A stretch of 42,639 nucleotides of DNA from IMG/VR virus record IMGVR_UViG_3300012931_000035, positions 1 to 42,639 of that record. The stretch is one strand, 5' to 3'. Shown in pieces: positions 27,659 through 35,698 of the stretch (positions are counted from its first letter, which is position 1; the number at the start of each line of letters is the position of its first letter). The notes beneath the pieces were generated by a model that worked only from the letters and a program-made list of their open reading frames with translations, had not been told where the DNA came from and made no database searches. Made by a program: the position numbers and the translations under genes. The stretch comes from a virus (lineage: Duplodnaviria; Caudoviricetes).

Positions 27659-29122
27659 TCACCGCCTCCTTTTGAACAGTTTATAATCCGTATTGGCAAA
27701 TTTTAATTTGTTATTCAGCTTAGTAAATAATCCTTTGCCCATTGATTCCATTACAGGAACGGCAAAAGTTAAGGCCAGCCCATCTCCCAAATCAGGAGAG
27801 GCTAGCCCTCGTTTTTTCATATCTTCTTTTCGCTCTAACTGAACCTTATTGGATGATCTTGAATAAAAATACTGTGGTCCTACCAGATCATCCCTTAAAT
27901 CAGTGTTCTGCGGTAGGCAGCCTCCATCTTTTAACCACTGTAATAACTTCCACCACATTTCCGCTCTCTTGTTGTAGCAAGCAGGATCGCCGGATGAACT
28001 GCCGACCATAATCCCGTTCCAACTTCTTCCCCAACTTCTACCAGCATCTAGCACTCCAGCGCCACAACCAGTTAAGTCAATATTAACCACATCGGCCTTT
28101 TCTTGGTCTTCATATCTCGCTACGGCGGTTGCCAACTGTGTCGTGTCCATATTCTTAGCCGATAACAACATCCAGCTTATTAAGCCCTGCCGTTTAAATA
28201 TAGAACAGCGATCATCGCCAAAATAACTAACATCAACACCCAAAACAATAGGAGCATGGTTATATATATCAGATCTAGGATTACGCGCCATTGCAGCATC
28301 AACCAAGTCATTAGGTATTAATTGCATAATCGAAGCGTTAGGGAATTCGCCAAGAACACGTACCCTATACATATCCGAATCTTCGCCATATTCCTCTGCT
28401 ATTTCCTTGGCATAGGATGGGTCTACTAATGGGCTATCAAGACAACTAAAAGTAAACCTTGTCCAATGTTCGCGGTTCAAGTGGTGGCTTTGGTAAAAAT
28501 ATCCGGTTGTCTGCGTAGGGTTAGCCGCCATGGCTACCCTTGCTGACGGAGTGGACAAAGCGCCTCTTGCTACCTCAAATACTTTTTCATCAACGCCCGA
28601 AGCTTCATCAATCAAGAATAGAATATTATCAGCGTGGAACCCTTGCAATGCATCCGGGTTTTCTCTGCGGGCTGTCCGCGCTACTGCAAACTGATTCTTC
28701 TCTAACCCCACAACTTCAACTCTATCAGACTTAACCTTTATACTCTGTTTGAACCACGGGTGCATCTTCTCATGCCACTTGGCGATTTCAGCCCACAGCA
28801 CATCTTCCAGCTGATGTCCTGACAGTGCCGTACATGGTATCTTAACATCTTTATAACAGCAAAGGAACCATAACACCAGCCAAGAAAACACAGTAGACTT
28901 ACCAACGCCATGGCCTGCCTTTACACTTACCTTTGCCCCAGGCTCTGCCATAGCCATTAGAAAATCCTTTTGCTGCTCTGTCTGCCCGAATGTCTTACCA
29001 CTAATCATATCGATTGTTCTAGGTACTCCCAATACCTTCTCAACAAACAGCGTAGGATCTTTCCTAAACTTGGCTATTAACTCTTTCATCTGTTGTTCTT
29101 CTGTCATAGAATCAACTCGCAA
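27659..29122 (-). CDS. terL: terminase large subunit
   Basis: Walker A VKAGHGVGKS, Walker B LIDEASG, ANP motif, nuclease LGVDVSYFGDD...SPDLGDGLALTF. Confidence 0.95.
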   Translation of the reverse strand: MRVDSMTEEQQMKELIAKFRKDPTLFVEKVLGVPRTIDMISGKTFGQTEQQKDFLMAMAEPGAKVSVKAGHGVGKSTVFSWLVLWFLCCYKDVKIPCTALSGHQLEDVLWAEIAKWHEKMHPWFKQSIKVKSDRVEVVGLEKNQFAVARTARRENPDALQGFHADNILFLIDEASGVDEKVFEVARGALSTPSARVAMAANPTQTTGYFYQSHHLNREHWTRFTFSCLDSPLVDPSYAKEIAEEYGEDSDMYRVRVLGEFPNASIMQLIPNDLVDAAMARNPRSDIYNHAPIVLGVDVSYFGDDRCSIFKRQGLISWMLLSAKNMDTTQLATAVARYEDQEKADVVNIDLTGCGAGVLDAGRSWGRSWNGIMVGSSSGDPACYNKRAEMWWKLLQWLKDGGCLPQNTDLRDDLVGPQYFYSRSSNKVQLERKEDMKKRGLASPDLGDGLALTFAVPVMESMGKGLFTKLNNKLKFANTDYKLFKRRR

Positions 29123-29387
29123 TTAATAATATATATTTATTAATTTATCTCGCGTTTTATTTTTTTAAAATTTTCGCGTTTTGTATTTTTAGGGGAGAGA
29201 TGGAGACCCGAGCGAGCAAGCCGAACGAATTCCATGGGTACGCCCCCGCCCGGCACCCTTCATCCGTAGAACCGCGGCCAACTTTTTCACTATCCAGCAA
29301 GATAGTTATCGGAACCTCGCTGGGCACATTATCTTGTCTAAAAATGCTGCTTGCTTATTGCCTATCATCGTGTATCAAATATCATCA

Positions 29388-29415
29388 ATGTCCGATAACA
29401 TCCATTATGTTAATA
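29388..29415 (+). other. dif-like XerC/XerD recombination site
   Basis: ATGTCCGATAA-CATCCA-TTATGTTAATA: 11-6-11 geometry, right arm matching the E. coli XerD arm TTATGTTAAAT at 9/11. Confidence 0.65.
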
Positions 29416-29489
29416 GACAAATCCAGCATTGGCGCGGATTCGTAGGTATTGCCTAGTTTACATAGTGTAAATGTACACTCAGCGGAGTA

Positions 29490-29969
29490 CTATTCTCCCA
29501 GATCTTTAAGCGTATCGGCCAAACTCTTGACATTGAGATCAACCTTCTGGGTATCCTGGAATCCCCAGTTAGCCTTGAGGTTGAAGATAGCGCCAGCCGG
29601 ATTTTTAATAGTATAGAGCGAACTCTCTGCATATTCCTTGATTGTCTCTTTAGCGCGTTTAATTGCGTCACTTAGCCCCTTGAATAATTCCTCGTTATCC
29701 TTAATTAGCTTCTCTCCAAACACGCTATTTTGATAGTCTAATAGTGTCTCACGCGTTGTATCTAATGCTACTGCAAGACCCGTAATCGTATATGGCTTGA
29801 CTTGTGCTTTTTCATGCAATGGCTTACCATCATTCCCCATAACTACATTGCCTTTGTTGTCTCTTACTAATCTGTCCTGCCAACAAGATTCAAAGTATTG
29901 GTCTATCTTGGTTTGCAATTCTCCAACAGTTGCAAACTTAAGTGGTCTTCCTGTAGATTTGTATGACAT
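29490..29969 (-). CDS. terS: terminase small subunit (P22 gp3-like)
   Basis: GRPLKF...ELQTKIDQYF...KPYTITGLAVALDTTRETLLDY...GAIFNLKANWG. Confidence 0.88.
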   Translation of the reverse strand: MSYKSTGRPLKFATVGELQTKIDQYFESCWQDRLVRDNKGNVVMGNDGKPLHEKAQVKPYTITGLAVALDTTRETLLDYQNSVFGEKLIKDNEELFKGLSDAIKRAKETIKEYAESSLYTIKNPAGAIFNLKANWGFQDTQKVDLNVKSLADTLKDLGE

Positions 29970-29970
29970 A

Positions 29971-30585
29971 TTATTTCACCGTCTTCCCTTTTCTTATTAA
30001 TTTAGTAGAAATAAAATAGCCATCTGAATTATTTATCAGAAGGCTATTGCTTTTTAACTCTCGTATAATCCTGTCTAACTTCTTTTTTCCACACTTTAAT
30101 ACCCTCGATAGGTCAATATACTTTAATGGCTTCTTGTTTCTTGTATGGATTAACTTACCGGTGTTCCATTCGATATTATTGCCAAGGCAAACTAAATATC
30201 CTATTAGTTCTTCTGCATTATTAATAGTGTTGCGTAGCTCATTCATTTTAGTTACTGACACCAATAGATATGGTTTCTTCCCGCCGGTATGTTTGGGCTT
30301 GCTATTTACAGGTTTATTGGGGTTATTCCAAAACTGATATACTTCATAATCTCCAACGGATATATGGATTAGTTCAGTTCCACTAGTTGTCTTTTCTCTC
30401 GATATAATGGCTTCAGCTTTAATGACATTACATTGGCCATTTATGAAGTCGTTCCATGTGTAAATATTGGCACCACTTCCTTTTTTGCCACTCAGTAATG
30501 TATTATATAAACGAATTACATCACCGAATGGGCATGAAGCGTTGATACTGCTTGGTTTATAGACGTTTTTCTTTGGTTCCCTCAT
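29971..30585 (-). CDS. putative DNA-binding protein with C-terminal winged-HTH-like region
   Basis: KPLKYIDLSRVLKCGKKKLDRIIRELKSNSLL...GYFIS. Confidence 0.55.
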   Translation of the reverse strand: MREPKKNVYKPSSINASCPFGDVIRLYNTLLSGKKGSGANIYTWNDFINGQCNVIKAEAIISREKTTSGTELIHISVGDYEVYQFWNNPNKPVNSKPKHTGGKKPYLLVSVTKMNELRNTINNAEELIGYLVCLGNNIEWNTGKLIHTRNKKPLKYIDLSRVLKCGKKKLDRIIRELKSNSLLINNSDGYFISTKLIRKGKTVK

Positions 30586-30660
30586 GGAACCTTGATTGGC
30601 ATTAATTAAATGCCTTGCAATAGCACTTAATTAATTTGTCAAGTATTTCTATAATAAATA

Positions 30661-30801
30661 TTAAACAGAAAACCCACCCACAATATTTGCCGTAGCAGGA
30701 TCAAACTCTAAATTATATTCTTGTAAAAACCCCCCTTCATAACATACAATCGCGTCCTGGTCTTGCTTCTGTAGTAGCTCAATTAACTCTTTAACCGTCA
30801 T
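30661..30801 (-). CDS. 46-aa hypothetical protein
   Basis: GAGG RBS, MTVKELIELLQKQDQDAIVCYEGG... Not in the ORF track. Confidence 0.55.
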   Translation of the reverse strand: MTVKELIELLQKQDQDAIVCYEGGFLQEYNLEFDPATANIVGGFSV

Positions 30802-30836
30802 AGTTTCCGCCTCACAAAATTATATTAATATCGCTC

Positions 30837-30929
30837 CTACAACAAAAATCCAATTGCAATGCCTATCGCAATTGCTATTGCGTAGATTATCAATTCTTTA
30901 TAGGTTGTTCCTGTCAATTTTTGTAACAT
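30837..30929 (-). CDS. 30-aa membrane peptide
   Basis: GAGGTGA RBS, MLQKLTGTTYKELIIYAIAIAIGIAIGFLL. Confidence 0.55.
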   Translation of the reverse strand: MLQKLTGTTYKELIIYAIAIAIGIAIGFLL

Positions 30930-30966
30930 ATTTATCACCTCTTGCAAAATAAGTGTAAAATATCTC

Positions 30967-30995
30967 TTGACTTGTTATCCCATTGGGTGTACAAT
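30967..30995 (+). promoter_or_regulatory. sigma-A promoter of a + strand moron
   Basis: TTGACT-17 bp-TACAAT, with the inverted repeat CCCATTGGG in the spacer. Confidence 0.75.
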
Positions 30996-31025
30996 GTAAT
31001 CAGATAAACAAAAGGAGTGAGCGCA

Positions 31026-31211
31026 ATGAAAACATTTGACGGTTATTTAATGATTGGTATTACTGAGGAAGATAATAAAGCTATTCTTGAGGAATTAGAC
31101 AAAGAAATAGATTTAACAATCGACAATGCTGGTCGTGTTTACAACTCTGGCGGTATCTATATAGCCGATGCTAAAGAAGTTGAATCCGGCGAAGGAATTC
31201 TTTGCCGATAA
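31026..31211 (+). CDS. small acidic moron protein
   Basis: AAGGAG RBS, MKTFDGYLMIGITEEDNK..., directly downstream of the promoter. Confidence 0.7.
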   Translation: MKTFDGYLMIGITEEDNKAILEELDKEIDLTIDNAGRVYNSGGIYIADAKEVESGEGILCR

Positions 31212-31261
31212 GTTATCAGCTTAATCTATCCATATTGGAGCACTGGAAAGGAGCATCAATC

Positions 31262-31413
31262 ATGTCTAAAGAAGAAATTCGCATCAACTTTCGCGTCGAT
31301 GCAGAGATAAAAGAAAAATATCTCGAATACTGCAAAAATATAGGGACATCGTATAGTGACGATCTAAGACGCTATATTACCAAGTGTGTGAACGAATCCA
31401 AAACTTTGATTAG
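31262..31413 (+). CDS. ribbon-helix-helix (Arc/RelB-like) protein; 3' end uncertain
   Basis: AAAGGAG RBS, MSKEEIRINFRVDAEIKEKYLEYCKNIGTSYSDDLRRYI. As sequenced, the frame runs through the terminator to 31534. Confidence 0.7.
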
Positions 31414-31438
31414 CCGCCTCCGGGCGGTTTTTTTATTT
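31412..31438 (+). terminator. intrinsic terminator closing the moron
   Basis: AGCCGCC-TCCG-GGCGGTT followed by a T run. Confidence 0.75.
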
Positions 31439-31606
31439 CAGCACCCCATTGCGCCTACCACCCCTCACCGGCTCATGGTTGAGTGCCGTCTGGTTGTCGG
31501 CATACTCATATGCGCTGCAATAGCCGTGGTCTAATGTAATGCTTTTAGCCGTGCATACGTCGATACCGTTGTGTTTACATGATTTTTCTGTACATTTTAC
31601 TTGCAT
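31433..31606 (-). CDS. 57-aa Cys-rich protein (DUF1540-like pattern)
   Basis: GGGGTGA RBS, MQVKCTEKSCKHNGIDVCTAKSITLDHGYCSAY... Not in the ORF track. Confidence 0.6.
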   Translation of the reverse strand: MQVKCTEKSCKHNGIDVCTAKSITLDHGYCSAYEYADNQTALNHEPVRGGRRNGVLK

Positions 31607-31623
31607 ATTATCACCCCAAATAT

Positions 31624-31651
31624 AAAAAGCCCCTGCGTATGCAAGAGCCTT
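31624..31651 (-). terminator. intrinsic terminator in the late leader
   Basis: Minus strand AGGCTCTTGC-ATAC-GCAGGGGCTT followed by TTT. Confidence 0.6.
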
Positions 31652-31796
31652 AATCTCAGCGGGGCCGAAGCCCCATAAAGGAGGAAAGTAGAAGCGAGCT
31701 ATGGCACCATGTGTGGCGTTTACGCATGGTTATTATTAATTAACCTAATATCATAGTAACACTTAAAAGTGGTGTTTTTAGCCAAACTAATATTAT

Positions 31797-32291
31797 TTAT
31801 AGACACCCTCGCCTTATTGCAATTCTCACGGTCACGTCGATTATTTCTTGCCACCAAGTCCGCAAAGTATTGTAACTCGGAACATAATCCCCACCATACC
31901 GACGGCTATGCCAATCAGCGTAACGGGACATAGTATAGTCTATCCATCCTGGTCGTCCTGGGCTGTTAGACTTTTGTTTTTCTGCTTGCCGCCTAATATC
32001 CAAGAACGCCAGTTTCTTTTCCCCTAGCGTCTTCTCGGCGTCCTCAATAGCCATCAACCATAATCTAGCCTTATCAATATCAGCTAGTCTAATCCCCTTT
32101 TTTTCTGCGGGCCGTCCTATCTCCGTGCTACGCGGCATTCCATCATTTACCGCCGCCCCAATGAATTGCACATTGTTTAGCATTTCAAAATAAGCCTGTT
32201 TACGCTCGGGATATGCTAATAACCACCGAGCTGCTTTCTTATTTTCTAATTGATATATAGTCCCCACCATAACCCCTCCCCACAAAATCAA
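31797..32291 (-). CDS. putative late transcription regulator (RinA/ArpU-like position)
   Basis: Last early gene before the packaging module. DGMPRS..IGRPAE.K motif. A -10-like TATGAT follows at 31750-31755. Confidence 0.6.
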   Translation of the reverse strand: MILWGGVMVGTIYQLENKKAARWLLAYPERKQAYFEMLNNVQFIGAAVNDGMPRSTEIGRPAEKKGIRLADIDKARLWLMAIEDAEKTLGEKKLAFLDIRRQAEKQKSNSPGRPGWIDYTMSRYADWHSRRYGGDYVPSYNTLRTWWQEIIDVTVRIAIRRGCL

Positions 32292-32492
32292 TTAAATCTC
32301 AAATGTAGTTGAACCGTACAATGCTAATTTTCTATATATTCTGGTGCTTTCTTTAAGCAGTTTCTGGTTATATGCTTCAAACCACTTATATATATCTTTA
32401 GTGATTATCAGGTTATGTTTCGGCCTTAAAATCCATAAATAATTAATTTGCTTTCTATACGTCCTTGAGATTAGCCGCCTTCTATTGTTCAT
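32292..32492 (-). CDS. hypothetical basic protein
   Basis: 66-aa ORF with ATGA overlap to the upstream gene. Confidence 0.5.
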   Translation of the reverse strand: MNNRRRLISRTYRKQINYLWILRPKHNLIITKDIYKWFEAYNQKLLKESTRIYRKLALYGSTTFEI

Positions 32493-32770
32493 CCTATACT
32501 CGCCTGCCGGTCTTTTAACTCTGCCAGCTTGGCCGCATTGAAGTTGCTTGTCTCACTCAAATAGCCCGTAATTCGACGTATTCTGCGTATTGGCGACTTT
32601 TCATGCGCTTCGATTGTCACATAATCCTTAAAACCTTTTATCATAATCGCATCCACCAGCTTATCCTTTTTTGCCCACTCCATTATCTCGTCTGTAGCGT
32701 ATATCTTGGCCTCCTGCTCGGTTATATCGTCCGTATATGTCACCCTTACAGCATCTACCACTATTTGCAT
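32489..32770 (-). CDS. stand-alone NrdD-like glycyl-radical domain protein
   Basis: C-terminal RRIRRITGYLSETSNFNAAKLAELKDR matches the class III RNR glycyl-radical loop and tail. Only 93 aa, with GGGAGG RBS. Confidence 0.8.
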   Translation of the reverse strand: MQIVVDAVRVTYTDDITEQEAKIYATDEIMEWAKKDKLVDAIMIKGFKDYVTIEAHEKSPIRRIRRITGYLSETSNFNAAKLAELKDRQASIG

Positions 32771-32973
32771 GTTAACCCCTCCCACGCCAATAGGGCGGTA
32801 CTAAGCCGCCCCTAAATACTTATTTATCTCCCTGACCACGCCAACCAGCATCACCACTGCGCCGATCAGCGCCGCTATAACCAGCATTATCATTGCTTGC
32901 CCTCCCCTTCATGACTTTTTGCCACTGTAATATGTAAGCTGACCTTTTCTCGCGCCGCCTCGCTTGTGCGGCC

Positions 32974-33372
32974 TTACTCCTTCTGCCCATTGCTATCCTC
33001 CTTTACCTTGGCTAGGGCTTGATTAACCACATCTATAACCATGCTGTTGTCAATCATCCAAGTTATATCCCAAATTCCTCCTTCTTCGGTTAAATCATAT
33101 AGTGCAATTTCCAGTGCCCCAACCAGTTCAGCAACCCTAGCCTCTGCCGCTTTTGCGCGATCCGATTCTTCTTCTAATTCTTGGCTTAACTTTGCAATTT
33201 TCAGCTCTGCCTCACCAAGTTCAGCCTCTGCCTTTTCTGCCCTGGCTTTTTCGGCCTGTAGATGGCAATTATCTTCTTCTTTGCACATAGGGCATTGGCA
33301 TCTGCTTGGCTTATTAAGCCAAGGATTTTTCTCACGGATTTTATCTAATTTTTGTTGTAAATCTTTACTCAT
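32974..33372 (-). CDS. hypothetical coiled-coil protein
   Basis: CxCxxC motif, then AEKARAEKAEAEL-type repeats. Confidence 0.6.
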   Translation of the reverse strand: MSKDLQQKLDKIREKNPWLNKPSRCQCPMCKEEDNCHLQAEKARAEKAEAELGEAELKIAKLSQELEEESDRAKAAEARVAELVGALEIALYDLTEEGGIWDITWMIDNSMVIDVVNQALAKVKEDSNGQKE

Positions 33373-33775
33373 CCTTCTTCACCAGCCATTCGTCTAATTC
33401 CCACCCAGATAAATCTTTATCGCAAAACACATAATCTTCTATGCACCCGTCACTACCATCGTGTTCACAGTTCCCGCAGCACCGCATAGCCTTATTCTCA
33501 CGCTCCAACCGCTTTATCTTATCAAGCAGTTCGGCTCCGGCTGTTGTTGCCCGAAATACGTCAGCAGCTTCCGGCGTTAAATAGTCATTTGCTTTAATAT
33601 CTTCATAGGCTAATCGCATAGCCGCTATTGTAGCCTGTTGGCGTTTAACATTATCGCGTTCCTGCTGTATCTGCTGTTCTAGCTCGTCCATTACGTCGGC
33701 GCCGCATTCAGCACATATTACAGTACCTTTATCCCAATCAGCATAAGTATTAACATGTTTACACTCAGCCATCAC
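33365..33775 (-). CDS. hypothetical protein with CxxC motifs
   Basis: GGAGG RBS, coupled to neighbouring genes. Confidence 0.6.
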   Translation of the reverse strand: MMAECKHVNTYADWDKGTVICAECGADVMDELEQQIQQERDNVKRQQATIAAMRLAYEDIKANDYLTPEAADVFRATTAGAELLDKIKRLERENKAMRCCGNCEHDGSDGCIEDYVFCDKDLSGWELDEWLVKKDE

Positions 33776-33789
33776 TTACCGCCCTCCCA

Positions 33790-34155
33790 TTACCATTCCG
33801 TAGTAGCTATTTCATACGGTTCAGTAAAATCTTCACTTTCTTTAAGTACTTCTCTGAATGATGTGAATTTAAATACTTCGTTACCTCTACGCATTAAATC
33901 GCCAATAACCGGCTCTGATATATCGTTTACTAATTCATCACTATCCCCAAGTGCTTCAATATCCGCCTGGTCTTCCGTCAAATACCACATTCCATCCTTA
34001 TCTAGATCACATTCAGTAACGTCATTAATGTCGTTATCATCAATTTCATTATTGTAATATTGATTAGTCTTTTCTTTATCCCACTTGGAAGCAAACCACG
34101 AACAATCATTCATTTCGTAAACTTTCACTTTCTCGATATCAATATCAGCCATCAC
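33790..34155 (-). CDS. hypothetical acidic protein flanked by 23-bp direct repeats
   Basis: ORF track plus repeats at 33765-33787 and 34145-34167. Confidence 0.65.
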   Translation of the reverse strand: MMADIDIEKVKVYEMNDCSWFASKWDKEKTNQYYNNEIDDNDINDVTECDLDKDGMWYLTEDQADIEALGDSDELVNDISEPVIGDLMRRGNEVFKFTSFREVLKESEDFTEPYEIATTEW

Positions 34156-34571
34156 TTACCGCCCTCCTGTTCGTATTTTTGTTTCAACCGCTCATATTCG
34201 GCCTTATCATGTTCTTCACTTTCCTTTTTCAGCTGCTCGCGATATAAACGGTGTTCTTTAATTCTTTCAGCGGTAAATTTATCAATTTCTTCTTGAGTGC
34301 AAATATTATTTTGAATTAGATATTTTTTGGTCGTTTTACTATTAAACACATGGGCTTCTACCTGATAACCTTCGAAAACATCTGTTTCCATATCTCCATC
34401 ATCTTCTGTCCATGTTCTCCACGCCATGATCCCGCCATCAGTAGTGGTTAATAAAAGTGGATCACAGAAACGGTTCATCTCGATATGGGCTATTGTTTTA
34501 CCAATCAAATCCTCGGGTTTTTCAATCACGTATAAATCAGCCATTATTTTTGTCCTCCTTACAAATATCAC
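34152..34571 (-). CDS. hypothetical protein
   Basis: 139-aa ORF. An internal AAGGAGG suggests a start at MADLY. Confidence 0.6.
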   Translation of the reverse strand: MIFVRRTKIMADLYVIEKPEDLIGKTIAHIEMNRFCDPLLLTTTDGGIMAWRTWTEDDGDMETDVFEGYQVEAHVFNSKTTKKYLIQNNICTQEEIDKFTAERIKEHRLYREQLKKESEEHDKAEYERLKQKYEQEGGK

Positions 34572-34786
34572 TCAGCCTTCTCGACTAGTTCAAGGTCAAT
34601 ATCCATATAATCAGGCTTACCAGCTATTACATTTACACCAAGTTTTCTACTACCATCATCACTCATTGATATAACTACTACCGCATCGTTGCAAATTATA
34701 GCGAGTTGCTCGCCATCATCCCATCTACCAGGAGCTAACTGCCTAGCTTTATCCAAAACCGTACCAATTTTATCCATAATACTCAT
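34568..34786 (-). CDS. hypothetical protein
   Basis: 72-aa ORF in the early operon. Confidence 0.55.
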   Translation of the reverse strand: MSIMDKIGTVLDKARQLAPGRWDDGEQLAIICNDAVVVISMSDDGSRKLGVNVIAGKPDYMDIDLELVEKAE

Positions 34787-34890
34787 TTAATATCACCGTC
34801 CTTAGTCATTGTCTGCCTCCTAAACTGCCGATCGCGGCGGCAAACGCTATCAATATAATGGTTGTCAAAATCGGATACTCAAACATCCAA

Positions 34891-35229
34891 TCATCTATTG
34901 TCCTCGTCTGTACCTACCTCCGGCAATGTACTTGTAACAACATCAAACAATTGTTGACTTAACACCTTATTGTCAGTTTTTAATTTTTTATTCTCTTGCT
35001 CCAACTCAATCACCCTATGCAACGCCTCCGGCCATCCTGTACGGGCCTCTGCAATAAAACGGGCCATAGTAGCGCTTAGCAATTGCGCTTTGTTGGTTTC
35101 TTCGTCAACGCCTGCAATTTCATAGTATCCTGCTATAACTGAGCATCCATAACCTTCATTTTCATCTATCTTCCACGGCCCTGGTATGGCCTTCTCGCAT
35201 AACTCCAAATCATTCTTCCAATCTCTCAT
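34891..35229 (-). CDS. hypothetical protein (Ead/Ea22-like PGPW...FIA motif)
   Basis: DLELCEKAIPGPW...ARFIAEARTGWPEAL. Confidence 0.6.
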   Translation of the reverse strand: MRDWKNDLELCEKAIPGPWKIDENEGYGCSVIAGYYEIAGVDEETNKAQLLSATMARFIAEARTGWPEALHRVIELEQENKKLKTDNKVLSQQLFDVVTSTLPEVGTDEDNR

Positions 35230-35302
35230 TCGCTCGCCACCTTTTCCATCCGCTCCAACGCCCTTGCAAGCACTAGCGCAATATCGCTTATTTCTTTCTC
35301 AT

Positions 35303-35647
35303 TTAGCACCGGCCCAATCCGGTGCATAAGCCTGTAATGTCTTCCTTTGTTTGAGCAAGGCCGTATTGACTCGCGGCCTTGTTCTTTTGCTTGTCGTTCT
35401 GCCAATCTCTAACGCGTTCAACACGTCCAGCTCCTAAATCACCAAAGCCATATCCATCCCTGTAATATCCACTATTTAATTCCTCCTGGCAAGGATTGCA
35501 AAGATGTTCAGAAAAGAAATTTCCTTCAAACTTTCCAGCTACATACCACATGCTCCGACCTTTTAGAAACTTCTTACCACACCCGAAACATATAGTATCT
35601 TTACGAATGTGCTTTACTTTCCGCTTGTTGTAAAATTCACAGCACAC
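35303..35647 (-). CDS. hypothetical Zn-finger-like protein
   Basis: RKDTICFGCG...HLCNPC. Confidence 0.55.
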   Translation of the reverse strand: MCCEFYNKRKVKHIRKDTICFGCGKKFLKGRSMWYVAGKFEGNFFSEHLCNPCQEELNSGYYRDGYGFGDLGAGRVERVRDWQNDKQKNKAASQYGLAQTKEDITGLCTGLGRC

Positions 35648-35698
35648 CTACCCCACCCCCTCATATATCTAATCTAACGGCCTTGTTCTTTTGCTTGT

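Noticed and set aside
29200-29445. 81-aa + strand ORF in the terS-terL gap
   Set aside because: Antisense to the operon with no recognisable motif. The region is better explained as a cis-acting zone, although GGGGAG precedes the ATG.
31440-31535. tRNA-like or structured ncRNA
   Set aside because: The region is explained by a Cys-rich 57-aa ORF on the minus strand with a good RBS. No cloverleaf or T-loop motif is present.
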